A stretch of DNA of 64,000 nt from Candidatus Gastranaerophilaceae bacterium (GCA_045530955.1 JAZSDA010000059.1:669-64668); one strand, 5' to 3'; numbered from the stretch's first letter, positions 36,138-45,594 are shown. Numbers and translations are program-made. The notes: generated by a model from the sequence alone, not told the origin.

Positions 36138-37514
36138 TTAATCCTGATTTGGTGAAATACAAGCTGTGATTGCATCTATTAAGCGTTTTACAGGTACGAT
36201 TTTGATTTTTTCGTTTTGGATATTGCGGTTAGCGTATGGAATAATAGCTTTTTTAAATCCTGATGTAATTGCTTCATTTAAACGTTTTTCGATGTTATTT
36301 ACAGGGTGGATTTCGCCTGATAAACCGATTTCTCCGATGATTACGGTTTGCGGATCAACTACAACATCTCTTGCACAAGTTGCAATCGCAAGTGCTATAC
36401 CTAAATCTGCACTAGGTTCATCGATTTCGATTCCGCCCATTACGTTAATATATACATCTTGTTTAGATAAATTTAATCCCACACGTTTTTCCAATACGGC
36501 TAATATTTGTAAAAGTCTGCTGTTATCAACACCGTTTGTAACTCTACGTGGAGTTGGATATGGGGTTGTGCCAACCAGTGCTTGTATTTCTACAAGTAGT
36601 GGTCGTGTTCCCTCATTAGTTACGATAATTGCACTACCAGGGATAGCGTCTTGTGAGCGTTCATTTAAGAATAGTTCGTTTGGATTTTTTACTTCGACAA
36701 GTCCTTTTGCTTGCATTTCAAAAATCCCAACTTCAGAGGTGTTTCCAAATCTGTTTTTCATTGAGCGAAGCATACGATAAGACTTGTATTTATCACCCTC
36801 AAATGAAATAACAGTATCAACCATATGTTCTAAAATCTTAGGTCCTGCGATGTTTCCGTCTTTTGTAACGTGTCCGATTACAATAATTGTAATGTTTTGG
36901 GTTTTTGCAATTTGCATCAAGATATTGCAACATTCTCTAATTTGAGAAACGCTACCTGCTGAACTTGAAATGGTTTGCGAATAAATAGCTTGAATACTAT
37001 CAATTACAATTGTATCAGGCTGAAGTTCTGTAATTTGTTGACGAATACTTTCCAAATTTGTTTGAGGGTAAATATAGAGCTTGTCTGAATTTATTCCCAA
37101 ACGATTTGCTCTTAATTTTAGTTGGCTTGCAGATTCTTCGGCTGAAACGTAGAGAATTTTTTGTCCATTGTTGCAAAGTTCTCCACTTGTTTGTAAAAGA
37201 ATTGTAGATTTACCAATTCCAGGGTCGCCAGCGATTAGCACAAGTGAGCCTTGAACAAGTCCACCACCTAAAATTCTGTCAAATTCGGAGATGTTTGTGC
37301 TTACTCTTACTTCTTCGCCGATATGGATGTCATTGATAAGTGATGGTTTAGTATCGTTTGCGATGCCTTGAGGTGAAATGTTTTGAGGTTTTAAGTTGTT
37401 CTGTACTTCTTCTACAAAACTGGTCCAAGCTCCGCATTCAGGACACTTTCCTAAGTACCCTGCTGATTCATAACCACATTGTTGACATATCCATTTTGAT
37501 TTAACTTTAGCCAT
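36138..37514 (-). CDS. radA: DNA repair protein RadA/Sms
   Basis: Zinc finger KWICQQCGY..CPECGAW, Walker A GDPGIGKST, KNRFG motif, Lon-like C-domain. ATG 37514 (MAKVKSKW) preferred over track start 37550. Confidence 0.94.
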   Translation of the reverse strand: MAKVKSKWICQQCGYESAGYLGKCPECGAWTSFVEEVQNNLKPQNISPQGIANDTKPSLINDIHIGEEVRVSTNISEFDRILGGGLVQGSLVLIAGDPGIGKSTILLQTSGELCNNGQKILYVSAEESASQLKLRANRLGINSDKLYIYPQTNLESIRQQITELQPDTIVIDSIQAIYSQTISSSAGSVSQIRECCNILMQIAKTQNITIIVIGHVTKDGNIAGPKILEHMVDTVISFEGDKYKSYRMLRSMKNRFGNTSEVGIFEMQAKGLVEVKNPNELFLNERSQDAIPGSAIIVTNEGTRPLLVEIQALVGTTPYPTPRRVTNGVDNSRLLQILAVLEKRVGLNLSKQDVYINVMGGIEIDEPSADLGIALAIATCARDVVVDPQTVIIGEIGLSGEIHPVNNIEKRLNEAITSGFKKAIIPYANRNIQNEKIKIVPVKRLIDAITACISPNQD

Positions 37515-37562
37515 GCAACTATTATAAAAAAAGGTTGAACTTTTGTCCAACCTTTTTAAGAA

Positions 37563-38603
37563 TTATTTTTTACCAGTTTTGTTTATTGTATCTACATCGC
37601 TTATCTTCATTGCATAGTATGGAGTATGTTTACCTTTTTCTGCTAGGAATAAAACGAAATTGTTAGTAAACATAAAATTTCTTCCTCTAGATGGTGGTAG
37701 AAGTGCACATCTTGCAATGATTGCGGCTTCACTTTTTAGTTTTACGCCTTCGTTATCCATTTTAAAGTCAATTGTTTCAATAGTTTCGCCGATGATATAA
37801 TCAGAACCTTTTATAGGGTGTCCTTCGAGTTCAGGGAAACTTGTTTTTTGATATAAGTTGATGCTTGGAACTTTTAATCTGTCTTCTTTTGTGAATTTTC
37901 TATTTTTGAAATAGAATTGAGATTTTCTTCTCATATCAGAATAATATTTGTCAAAAGTTTTGTCATCGTTTGTTCTGTAAAGCATTACAACATCATTATC
38001 TTTTGTGAATAATTTAACAGCAAAATCTTCTGTTGAATTGTAGAACATAACTTCAACATTTTTATATAATTTTGCATCGCTATCTTCATTTATACCAAAG
38101 TAATCAACTGCAACTTTTGAATTTTTACCAAAAGCCTGAGGGGTTAAATTATCAAATGCTTCTAAGAATTTGAAATCTTTTTTAAGCATTGCATAAATAA
38201 TTACGTCTGTTGAATTTTTTGCCCAGTTAAATAGATGTAAAATATCACTTTTTTCATTGAATTTTTTCAAAAGTGCTTTTTCGATTTCAGTTCTTGTTTC
38301 AGGTGTCATTAGTCCGTATTTTGTGTAGTAAGCATTATCGCTAATGTCAGATTTTTTGAAAGATTTTTTGTTTAAATCATTTGCCATTTTTGAGTCAAAG
38401 TCGATAAATTTAATAGGTCCTTTAACTATATTGCTCATAAATTCGTTCCAAACGATTTGGAAAGTACCTACCCAAATTCTGTTTGGAGCAGTGCTTTCTG
38501 ATTTCATTGTAGGAACTACTTCAATTTTTGTTTCGTTCGCATAGCTTGATAAACCAGAAAAAGCTGCAAGTAAAATTGCTAATGTAATAAATAACTTTTT
38601 CAT
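37563..38603 (-). CDS. secreted protein, distant serpin-like fold (tentative)
   Basis: Signal peptide MKKLFITLAILLAAFSGLSSYA. The C-terminus KSEAAIIARCALLPPSRGRNFMFTNNFVLFLAEKGKHTPYYAMKISD resembles the serpin hinge, reactive loop and F-x-x-x-x-P-F-L-F-x-I terminal strands. Earlier blocks are also serpin-like. By eye only. Confidence 0.45.
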   Translation of the reverse strand: MKKLFITLAILLAAFSGLSSYANETKIEVVPTMKSESTAPNRIWVGTFQIVWNEFMSNIVKGPIKFIDFDSKMANDLNKKSFKKSDISDNAYYTKYGLMTPETRTEIEKALLKKFNEKSDILHLFNWAKNSTDVIIYAMLKKDFKFLEAFDNLTPQAFGKNSKVAVDYFGINEDSDAKLYKNVEVMFYNSTEDFAVKLFTKDNDVVMLYRTNDDKTFDKYYSDMRRKSQFYFKNRKFTKEDRLKVPSINLYQKTSFPELEGHPIKGSDYIIGETIETIDFKMDNEGVKLKSEAAIIARCALLPPSRGRNFMFTNNFVLFLAEKGKHTPYYAMKISDVDTINKTGKK

Positions 38604-38987
38604 TTATTTCTCCTTGTTAAATCCTACGTTAAGGTTTCGCCAAAAGCTTTTAAAAAAGCCTTGGGTGTTATCTTTGTGAAGAATTGGTGCAGTATCATAA
38701 TATTTTTTGTAATTTGCAATGATATTGCTTGGTAAATCTTCACCTCTGTCTAAAATATAAGACAAAAATTCTATATAATCATCTTGTTCTTCTTTGTAAA
38801 GGGGATCTCTTCGTCTTAAGTCTTCATCAGCTTCATAATGAATAAGTGCGTGATAAGCTGCAACAAGACTTTCGTCTGTTGTATCTTTTGGGTATAACAG
38901 CATAGCTTCTCTCACGCTACAATTTCCAAGACGAACACTTCGCAATAAATTTGCGACGGTCTTTCTATCTGTAATAAATTCAGACAT
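38604..38987 (-). CDS. hypothetical soluble protein (127 aa) co-transcribed with the BlaI-type repressor
   Basis: The ORF abuts both neighbours (1-nt and 0-nt gaps). No TM segment and no recognised family. Confidence 0.55.
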   Translation of the reverse strand: MSEFITDRKTVANLLRSVRLGNCSVREAMLLYPKDTTDESLVAAYHALIHYEADEDLRRRDPLYKEEQDDYIEFLSYILDRGEDLPSNIIANYKKYYDTAPILHKDNTQGFFKSFWRNLNVGFNKEK

Positions 38988-38988
38988 A

Positions 38989-39333
38989 TTATTTTACTAA
39001 AATTTCAGACATTTCTCTTTCTACAAAACGCATCATTTCAGCGTGATTTCCGCCAAAGAAATTATGAGTAAATTCGTTAAGCATATCTAATGCCATTTCA
39101 CGTTTATCCATAGTTGCTTTGTAGAAGAATTTTTTACCAACTTTGTATCTTACAAGAATGCTTTTTGTAACAAGTCTGTCCATTACAGTTTTGATAGTTG
39201 TATATGCACGTTCTGTGCCGTTTTTGGATAATTCGTCAACTACATCTTGAATAGAAATATCAATATCTTCATTTGTTGAAGTTAAGTTCCAAAATGTGTT
39301 TAAAATTTCAATTTCGAGTGATCCGCAAACCAT
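38989..39333 (-). CDS. BlaI/MecI/CopY-family transcriptional repressor
   Basis: 114 aa winged helix: EIEILNTFWN..ISIQDVVDEL..ERAYTTIKTVMDRLVTKSILVRYKVGKKFFYKA. SD AGGAGG upstream. Confidence 0.8.
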   Translation of the reverse strand: MVCGSLEIEILNTFWNLTSTNEDIDISIQDVVDELSKNGTERAYTTIKTVMDRLVTKSILVRYKVGKKFFYKATMDKREMALDMLNEFTHNFFGGNHAEMMRFVEREMSEILVK

Positions 39334-39353
39334 ATATTCCTCCTGTTAAGTTT

Positions 39354-39376
39354 TATATTACTATAATTGTAATATA
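39354..39376. promoter_or_regulatory. candidate BlaI-type operator (inverted repeat)
   Basis: TATATTAC-TATAATT-GTAATATA palindrome 21 nt upstream of the repressor start. It contains the TAC/GTA half-sites typical of BlaI/MecI/CopY boxes. Confidence 0.3.
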
Positions 39377-39432
39377 AAATAAAATTTTGACAAGTATATT
39401 TATAAGAAATCTTTACAAATAGGGGTTTTTTC

Positions 39433-40593
39433 CTAAAAATCCATATCCATAAAATCTTCTTCTTTTTTGAAATTAGATTTTTTAGTTCTTACTTTTTCGT
39501 TTTTCTTTCTGGTTTTTTCAGATAATCCACGATAGGCATTATCAACTGAAACCTTTGTTATAATTTGGTTATTTCTTCTGTCGTAGAATGTTAGCCAGAA
39601 TTTTCTGTTAATATTATCAACCGCAAAAGAAACATCTCCGACAAGTTTGTCCCCAGGTTTTATTTGACGGAACATCAATTTTGTATCTCCAAAAATTGAC
39701 GGGCTGAATTTTGCGTTGTAGTCGTTGATAAGTGCCATTTCAAAACCAGAGAGAGTTTTGTCTGACATGTTTGAAATTAACAATGATAATGTAATTGTAT
39801 TAACTTCTCCAAAAGGATCTTTTTCGTGCTTTACATCATTGATGTTTATTGTAAGTCCTTCGTACAAAATTTCTTCCTGCTTAAGAGCTTCTTCTTTATA
39901 AACAGGTAAATCAACGCTAGTATTGATTTTAACTTTGATTTCATCACCAGGTGCAATCATAACATGATCGCCTTTTCTGATAAGTGCTACCCCTAAACCT
40001 GCAACGCCACCAACCGCAGCTCCTGCAGCAACTGTATAACCTTGTGATGCGATAGCTCCGCCTAAACCAAACCAGTTTAGTGCCATTAAACCACCAACAG
40101 CTCCGCCTGCAACAGTATAGCCAACATCTTTTACAACTGTTTTTGCACCTTGAGTAATTGGGTGTAATTTAGTTGTCATTTTTCCTTCGATTGGAATTTC
40201 TCTGCCATCAGGAGTTACAAGGTAGTCAAAGACTAAATCCATAGTTGCTTCTTTACCAAATTTTCCAGGTCCTGAAGTGTTTGATAATCTTCCATGAGCG
40301 TGTGTGCCTTTTGGAATAATTATCCCTTTGTCCCCATAAACATCATCGGTAACTTCTGCAAAAAACTCATCACCTTCCATTGAAATAGATGAATCTAAAA
40401 CTTGTGAAACTGTCATATTGATAATATCTTTTCTTTGCAGAGTTTCAATTTTGCCTGTAAATATCTCATCAGGGGTTGTTTGAATTTCAGTTGTTTCAAC
40501 AACCGAACCTTTAAGTGGTTCAGCAGAGCAAACCATTGCTAAATTTGATAGCAATAGTGTTGTAATTATTATAAAGCTCAATATTTTTTTCAT
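39433..40593 (-). CDS. secreted hypothetical protein: beta-module plus glycine-zipper plus C-terminal beta domain
   Basis: Signal peptide MKKILSFIIITTLLLSNLAMVCSA (ATG 40593; the track TTG 40632 adds 13 aa). Module GDEFFAEVTDDVYGDKGIIIPKGTHAHGRL..MDLVFDYLVTPDGREIPIEG. Glycine zipper VAGGAVGGLMALNWFGLGGAIASQGYTVAAGAAVGGVAGLGVA. Confidence 0.6.
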   Translation of the reverse strand: MKKILSFIIITTLLLSNLAMVCSAEPLKGSVVETTEIQTTPDEIFTGKIETLQRKDIINMTVSQVLDSSISMEGDEFFAEVTDDVYGDKGIIIPKGTHAHGRLSNTSGPGKFGKEATMDLVFDYLVTPDGREIPIEGKMTTKLHPITQGAKTVVKDVGYTVAGGAVGGLMALNWFGLGGAIASQGYTVAAGAAVGGVAGLGVALIRKGDHVMIAPGDEIKVKINTSVDLPVYKEEALKQEEILYEGLTININDVKHEKDPFGEVNTITLSLLISNMSDKTLSGFEMALINDYNAKFSPSIFGDTKLMFRQIKPGDKLVGDVSFAVDNINRKFWLTFYDRRNNQIITKVSVDNAYRGLSEKTRKKNEKVRTKKSNFKKEEDFMDMDF

Positions 40594-40633
40594 ACTATTA
40601 TTATTAACTCCCCAAGATGATATTTTGTTCAAA

Positions 40634-42199
40634 TTAATTTTCTTGATTTTCGACTTCTTGAGCCATTTCTTCTATTATACTATTAATTTGAGCAGGTTCA
40701 AAACTTGAACAAGAATTCCAAATCAATGTTGGACGTGGTTCGTTTAATAGTGGGCTTGGAAATTCATTGTGGCATTGGCCTTTTAGCATATTTGTTGAGC
40801 CGTCAATACATGATGTGAAGTTTTTACAACAGCTACAAATTTTTAATGTTAGACCATAATCTTCCATTTTTGTTTTTAATTGTTGTAAAGCATCTATCAT
40901 TCTCAAGTGTGTTGATGTTGTGTATTTTTTATTCTTATACAAAAATCTAATTTTAGAAAGTCCGCTTTCTGTTGAGATAAATTCCAATTTGCAACCTCTA
41001 TCTCCGTGTTTTGTCTGAACTAAAACATCAATAACCAATTTATCGGTTTCTTTATCTGATCCTGCACCAATTTTCTTTAGTAAATATCTGATTGGTGGGA
41101 AGTTTTTGATAATATGACACATTGAATAAATCGGATATGTCATAAGAAGTAATGTTTCTTGAGCATTTAATTTTGCATTAACTAAACTTATTCCAAATAT
41201 TGCAAGTAATAAAATTGCAGAGAAAATTACTACATTGCAAGGTACTATAAATTGATAGCTATAAGAATAAGTGATTAAGATTGCATAAATTGCAGCCAAA
41301 GCCCAGAAATTAGGGTTTAATAATGAACAAAAATGTTCTAAGAATGCAAAATTGATTGTTTTTAAATTTTTAAAATTAGTTTTGAATAAATTAAATCTTT
41401 TTGTTAAACGTGGTTTTTTGAATAAACAATCCTGACCTAAGATATAAGACTGAATATTTGGGTTATAAACGCATTTGTGTCCTGTTTGAGATAGTAGCAA
41501 ACTGAATTCAAGTTCACTGTTGATATCTTTGAAATTTATGCCGTCAATTTCATCTAAAACATCTCTTTTAATAATGAATAAACCTGAATCTATTTGTGTT
41601 GCAAGTCCCATTAATGAACGTGCTTGTTTGAAGAAGTTTGCAAGATATTTTTTGTGAACTGCTTTGATTTTATCAACGATATCAAGACTTTCTCTGTTGA
41701 TTTCAAGTTCACCTGTAACAGCATCAGCATTTGTTAAAGCTGTGTTTGCAAGTGTTAAAAAGTCAGAATCAATTTTTCTGATACCGTCAATAAATACGTA
41801 AGCATCAATTGTTGGATCTTTTTTAAGTTCTTCTAAAAGCATTGAAATTGCTTTGTTTTTACCTAAAGTTCCAACATCTTGGATATTCATTACGTGAACA
41901 AAGTTGTCGTGTTCAAATAATTTTTCTGAACCATCGTTGCAGTCATCCAAAATTGCGTAAACTCTGAAGTTTGCAAGTGGATAATCCTGCATTTTGATTT
42001 GTTCAACAAGTTCTTCAAGACAGTCTTTGTGGTTATGGTTATAGATAATTACTGCGAAGTTTTTCTTCCCACCATCGTATTTTGAATATTTTTTTTCAAT
42101 ATAAAATGGTCTATCATTAAGGTTTCTAAGTGATAGTAAAAAGAAATAAGCTGTATAGATAATTACATATAAATAAAGTATCGATAAAATAAATTCCAT
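40634..42199 (-). CDS. membrane glycosyltransferase, GT2-like, with Cys-rich C-terminal cytoplasmic domain
   Basis: N-terminal TM, GT-A core (FAVIIYNHNHKDCLEEL..YAILDDCNDGS), 3-4 TM helices after the catalytic domain. A ~150-aa tail ends with CSCCKNFTSCIDGSTNMLKGQCHNEF..WNSCSSF. SD GAGGA upstream. Confidence 0.7.
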   Translation of the reverse strand: MEFILSILYLYVIIYTAYFFLLSLRNLNDRPFYIEKKYSKYDGGKKNFAVIIYNHNHKDCLEELVEQIKMQDYPLANFRVYAILDDCNDGSEKLFEHDNFVHVMNIQDVGTLGKNKAISMLLEELKKDPTIDAYVFIDGIRKIDSDFLTLANTALTNADAVTGELEINRESLDIVDKIKAVHKKYLANFFKQARSLMGLATQIDSGLFIIKRDVLDEIDGINFKDINSELEFSLLLSQTGHKCVYNPNIQSYILGQDCLFKKPRLTKRFNLFKTNFKNLKTINFAFLEHFCSLLNPNFWALAAIYAILITYSYSYQFIVPCNVVIFSAILLLAIFGISLVNAKLNAQETLLLMTYPIYSMCHIIKNFPPIRYLLKKIGAGSDKETDKLVIDVLVQTKHGDRGCKLEFISTESGLSKIRFLYKNKKYTTSTHLRMIDALQQLKTKMEDYGLTLKICSCCKNFTSCIDGSTNMLKGQCHNEFPSPLLNEPRPTLIWNSCSSFEPAQINSIIEEMAQEVENQEN

Positions 42200-42255
42200 A
42201 ACCCTGTCCTCATTTTATACTAATTCTAGTAAAAACCTAAATAAATAGCAAACAA

Positions 42256-42840
42256 TTATAAATCAATGTAAATTGCACCTTGTCTAAATACTCTTAATTC
42301 TTCATTCATTACTCCGACAACCGTTGATTCTAAACCTTTTGCGGTATATCCATAATCTTCAACAATCAAATCGGCAAGTCCTGTCATATTTTCTAAAGCT
42401 TGTTCATAGGTTTTTGCAGATGGTTGATTAGAAAGATTTGCACTGGTTGTTGCAAGTACGTGCCCTGGAATAATTTCACAAATTTGTTTGAAAACTTCGT
42501 TGTCAGGAACTCTAATTCCGACAGTTTGCATTGATGAAGTTATATAATCAGGTGTTTTATCACTTTTATCGGTTACGATAGTTAATGCTCCAGGAAAGTA
42601 TTTTTTTATTAGTTGTTGACCTACTTTAGGAATAGGTTTTACATAATCTAATAAGTTATAAACTTCATTAGACATCAAAATAAGAGGTTTTTTTGCTTCT
42701 CTTTTTTTGATTTCATAGATTTTTCTTACAGCGTTTTCATTCGTTGGTAAACAACCTAAACCCCAAACGGTATCTGTAACATAAGCTATTACTCCGCCTG
42801 ATTCTAAAACTTTTACAATTTCATCTTTGTTTTTAATCAT
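42256..42840 (-). CDS. tsaC: L-threonylcarbamoyladenylate synthase (TsaC/YrdC family)
   Basis: VTDTVWGLGC, KKREAKKPLILM, PGALTIV, RVPDN, TSANLSNQPS motifs. ATG 42840 has SD GAGG. Confidence 0.86.
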   Translation of the reverse strand: MIKNKDEIVKVLESGGVIAYVTDTVWGLGCLPTNENAVRKIYEIKKREAKKPLILMSNEVYNLLDYVKPIPKVGQQLIKKYFPGALTIVTDKSDKTPDYITSSMQTVGIRVPDNEVFKQICEIIPGHVLATTSANLSNQPSAKTYEQALENMTGLADLIVEDYGYTAKGLESTVVGVMNEELRVFRQGAIYIDL

Positions 42841-42942
42841 ACTTACCTCATAACCCATTCTATCACAGAAATTTAACCAGTTGACATTTTTTGAAACATC
42901 ATTATTATTATGATAGGTAGAAAGTAAAAAAGGATTTATATT

Positions 42943-43497
42943 ATGGCTTCAGGTTCATCAATTATCGCAAACATTTCAAATAATTTGTCAAACACATATT
43001 CTTATTTGGCTTCACTTTACCCAGAGGATGGAGTTACTTTAAAGAACATTGCAGCGGCAAGAAATGATAATACTAATTATCTTACATTGAACCAACCGTT
43101 TGCTTCTTACTTGCAAAATAATTTTGGGCAAATTGACAGAGATGGTGATGGCGTTATTGGTGCTGATGAGATGAATAATTTGACTAATACAATTTCTATG
43201 TCTGGTGCATCACGTGCTGAGTTAACTCAACTTGCAATGTCAGGAGCTTATTCAGGTGAATCTATTAACAAAATTTTAGATCACTTTGATGAAATTGATA
43301 CAAATAAAGATGGTAGAGTTACAAGTGCAGAAATTTCTGCGTTCACATATTCTGCAAACAAACAAGAAATGATGGATGAGCAAAATCATAAATTCGCAAC
43401 AGGAACATCATTGTTCTATGCGGATGAATCTGCTTCAGAATTATCTTCTTACAGTATTTTGAGCTACAAATATAAAAACTTTAACGGCTCAAGATAA
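42943..43497 (+). CDS. EF-hand calcium-binding protein
   Basis: Two canonical EF loops: DRDGDGVIGADE and DTNKDGRVTSAE. 184 aa with no signal peptide. Confidence 0.7.
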   Translation: MASGSSIIANISNNLSNTYSYLASLYPEDGVTLKNIAAARNDNTNYLTLNQPFASYLQNNFGQIDRDGDGVIGADEMNNLTNTISMSGASRAELTQLAMSGAYSGESINKILDHFDEIDTNKDGRVTSAEISAFTYSANKQEMMDEQNHKFATGTSLFYADESASELSSYSILSYKYKNFNGSR

Positions 43498-44844
43498 TTA
43501 TTTGCCTATGCAGAAGTGATCAAAAATATTATTTAGAATATCATCGGTAATTACTTCACCGGTGATTTCGTCTAGTGAAAGAAGTGCAGATTTAAGGTCA
43601 ATGTAAATCATATCTTGCAATTCTTCCATTTGTGCTGCTTGAAGTGCTCTTTCTAATGATTCTTTGCAACGTAACAGGCATGATTGTTGACGTTTGTTTG
43701 TAATGAATTCTGTTTCTTCAAGTGAGAATTGACAAACAATAGATTTCATTTTTTCTTTTAAATCGTCTAAGCCGTCTTTTGTATAAACAGAAAGTTTAGC
43801 GGTGTTTGGAATTTCTTCGTTGAAATCTGTTGTTAATAAGTCGATTTTATTTGCAACAACAATATGAGTTTTGTCTTTAATTATGTTGTAAATTTCTTTA
43901 TCTTCTTCTGTTATGCCAATATTAGCATCATACAAGAACAAGTTCAAATCGGCTTCTTGAGCAGATTGTTTTGAATATTCAATACCGATTTCTTCAACTT
44001 TATCGATGTTTTCATCATCTCTGATTCCTGCAGTATCAATTAAAGTTACAGCAACTCCAAGATCAAGGTTTTCTTTGATGATATCTCTTGTTGTGCCTGC
44101 AATATCGGTAACAATTGCTCTATCAAGGTTTAAAAGTGCATTGAATAGTGAAGATTTTCCAACGTTCGGGCGTCCAACGATTGCGACTTTTACTCCTTGA
44201 CGTAAGATGTCTGAAGATTTTGCACAAGCTAAAATTTTATTGATTTCATCAAGTGATTTTGTAAATTTTTCAGTTAAGTATGAATACTCAGGTTCTGCTA
44301 CATCTTCTGGAAAATCAATGCCTGCTACAATTCTTGAAGTTGTTTCAAAGATTTCACCTTTGATTTCGTTGATTTTTGTTGCTAAAACACCAGATAGGTT
44401 TTTTGCTGATTGAATTGCAAAATTTGAAGTTTTTGCGTGAATTAAATCATCAACCGCTTCAGCTTGTGATAAATCTAATTTTTTATTCAAGAATGCACGT
44501 TTTGTAAATTCTCCACGTTCAGCCATTCTTGCCCCGTTTCGTAAAACCACATCAAGAATATTTCTAACAACATTTACTCCGCCGTGGCATTGAATTTCTA
44601 CAACATCTTCTCCTGTGTAGCTGTTTGGATTTTTGAACGGTAGAATTACAACTTCATCGATTTTTGTATCACCATCCATAATCCATCCGTGGCAAATTTT
44701 CCCAGCAGGTAATTCTTTTCGGTTTGAAATTTTTAAAGCAATTTCAAAACTTTTGTCCCCTGATATACGAATAACTCCAACCCCACCAGTTCCAAGTGGT
44801 GTAGAGATAGCTGCTATTGTTTCAAATTCTTGATTGATGTTCAT
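43498..44844 (-). CDS. mnmE: tRNA uridine-5-carboxymethylaminomethyl modification GTPase MnmE
   Basis: AAISTP..GGVGVIRISG N-domain, G-domain GRPNVGKSSLFNAL / DTAGIR / NKID, C-terminal CIGK. Confidence 0.94.
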   Translation of the reverse strand: MNINQEFETIAAISTPLGTGGVGVIRISGDKSFEIALKISNRKELPAGKICHGWIMDGDTKIDEVVILPFKNPNSYTGEDVVEIQCHGGVNVVRNILDVVLRNGARMAERGEFTKRAFLNKKLDLSQAEAVDDLIHAKTSNFAIQSAKNLSGVLATKINEIKGEIFETTSRIVAGIDFPEDVAEPEYSYLTEKFTKSLDEINKILACAKSSDILRQGVKVAIVGRPNVGKSSLFNALLNLDRAIVTDIAGTTRDIIKENLDLGVAVTLIDTAGIRDDENIDKVEEIGIEYSKQSAQEADLNLFLYDANIGITEEDKEIYNIIKDKTHIVVANKIDLLTTDFNEEIPNTAKLSVYTKDGLDDLKEKMKSIVCQFSLEETEFITNKRQQSCLLRCKESLERALQAAQMEELQDMIYIDLKSALLSLDEITGEVITDDILNNIFDHFCIGK

Positions 44845-45043
44845 AAAAAAATTATACTATAAAAATAAAGAAAAGCTATGTACTGAGGTGCATAGCTGTT
44901 GATTAGGGATATGTGTATCTTAGTCTCTAAGGAGTATATTGTTATATTATCATTTATGATTTTTTTGTAATCATACAAATTGATGAGATTTTATTAATTT
45001 TCAAATTTGAATAAATTCTTTTAAGATAAAAATATTACATTTG

Positions 45044-45071
45044 TTGCTAAAAATTGAATTTTTGTTATAAT
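45044..45071 (+). promoter_or_regulatory. candidate sigma-70 promoter (extended -10)
   Basis: TTGCTA (45044-45049), 16-nt spacer, TGT-TATAAT (45063-45071), about 28 nt upstream of the ATG at 45100, which has SD GGGGGAG. Confidence 0.4.
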
Positions 45072-45099
45072 GTGGGTATAGACAAAGGTAGGGGGAGAA

Positions 45100-45594
45100 A
45101 TGAAAAAGTTTACAACATTAGCGTTGACAGCAACTATCGCAATAAGTTTCACTTGTTTGTGTGCTTTTGCTGCTGATAATTATTCAAAATATTCTTCACG
45201 ATTTAAAAAGAATTTCAAAGATTGTGATAAATACGAAGAAACTATTAACTCAGAATATCAAGGTGAAACTTTTACCACTCACAGAAAAATTAAGGGTTGG
45301 AGAAATTCATTCTGCCAATATGAAGAAACAATTACTTCTGTTAATGGTTCTTACAAATTGAATTGTGTTTTTTCAAATGTTCAGGTTGATGAATTGTATG
45401 ATTCAATGAAATCTAAATCAAAAGAGTTGAAAAGATTTGAATTAGATACTTTTGCGGAACAAACAGATCCGAAAACTGGAAAAGTTAAATATGTAAAATC
45501 AGGTACAACCACAATTAAGGGTGATAAAGCATATGTAGCTTGGGCGAAGTATATGAATAATCCATATTTTTGCAGACCGCAAAAGCTTAAGTAA
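45100..45594 (+). CDS. secreted hypothetical protein (Cys-containing, 164 aa)
   Basis: Signal peptide MKKFTTLALTATIAISFTCLCAFA with a strong SD. No family recognised. Confidence 0.6.
   Translation: MKKFTTLALTATIAISFTCLCAFAADNYSKYSSRFKKNFKDCDKYEETINSEYQGETFTTHRKIKGWRNSFCQYEETITSVNGSYKLNCVFSNVQVDELYDSMKSKSKELKRFELDTFAEQTDPKTGKVKYVKSGTTTIKGDKAYVAWAKYMNNPYFCRPQKLK

Noticed and set aside
36166-36780. 204-aa plus-strand ORF
   Set aside because: It lies entirely antisense to the well-supported radA gene, with no SD and no recognisable motifs. It is a shadow ORF of a type common in AT-rich genomes. The same reasoning applies to 560-766, 1361-1567, 6822-7241, 8144-8368, 9684-9896, 44006-44833 and the other short antisense track entries.
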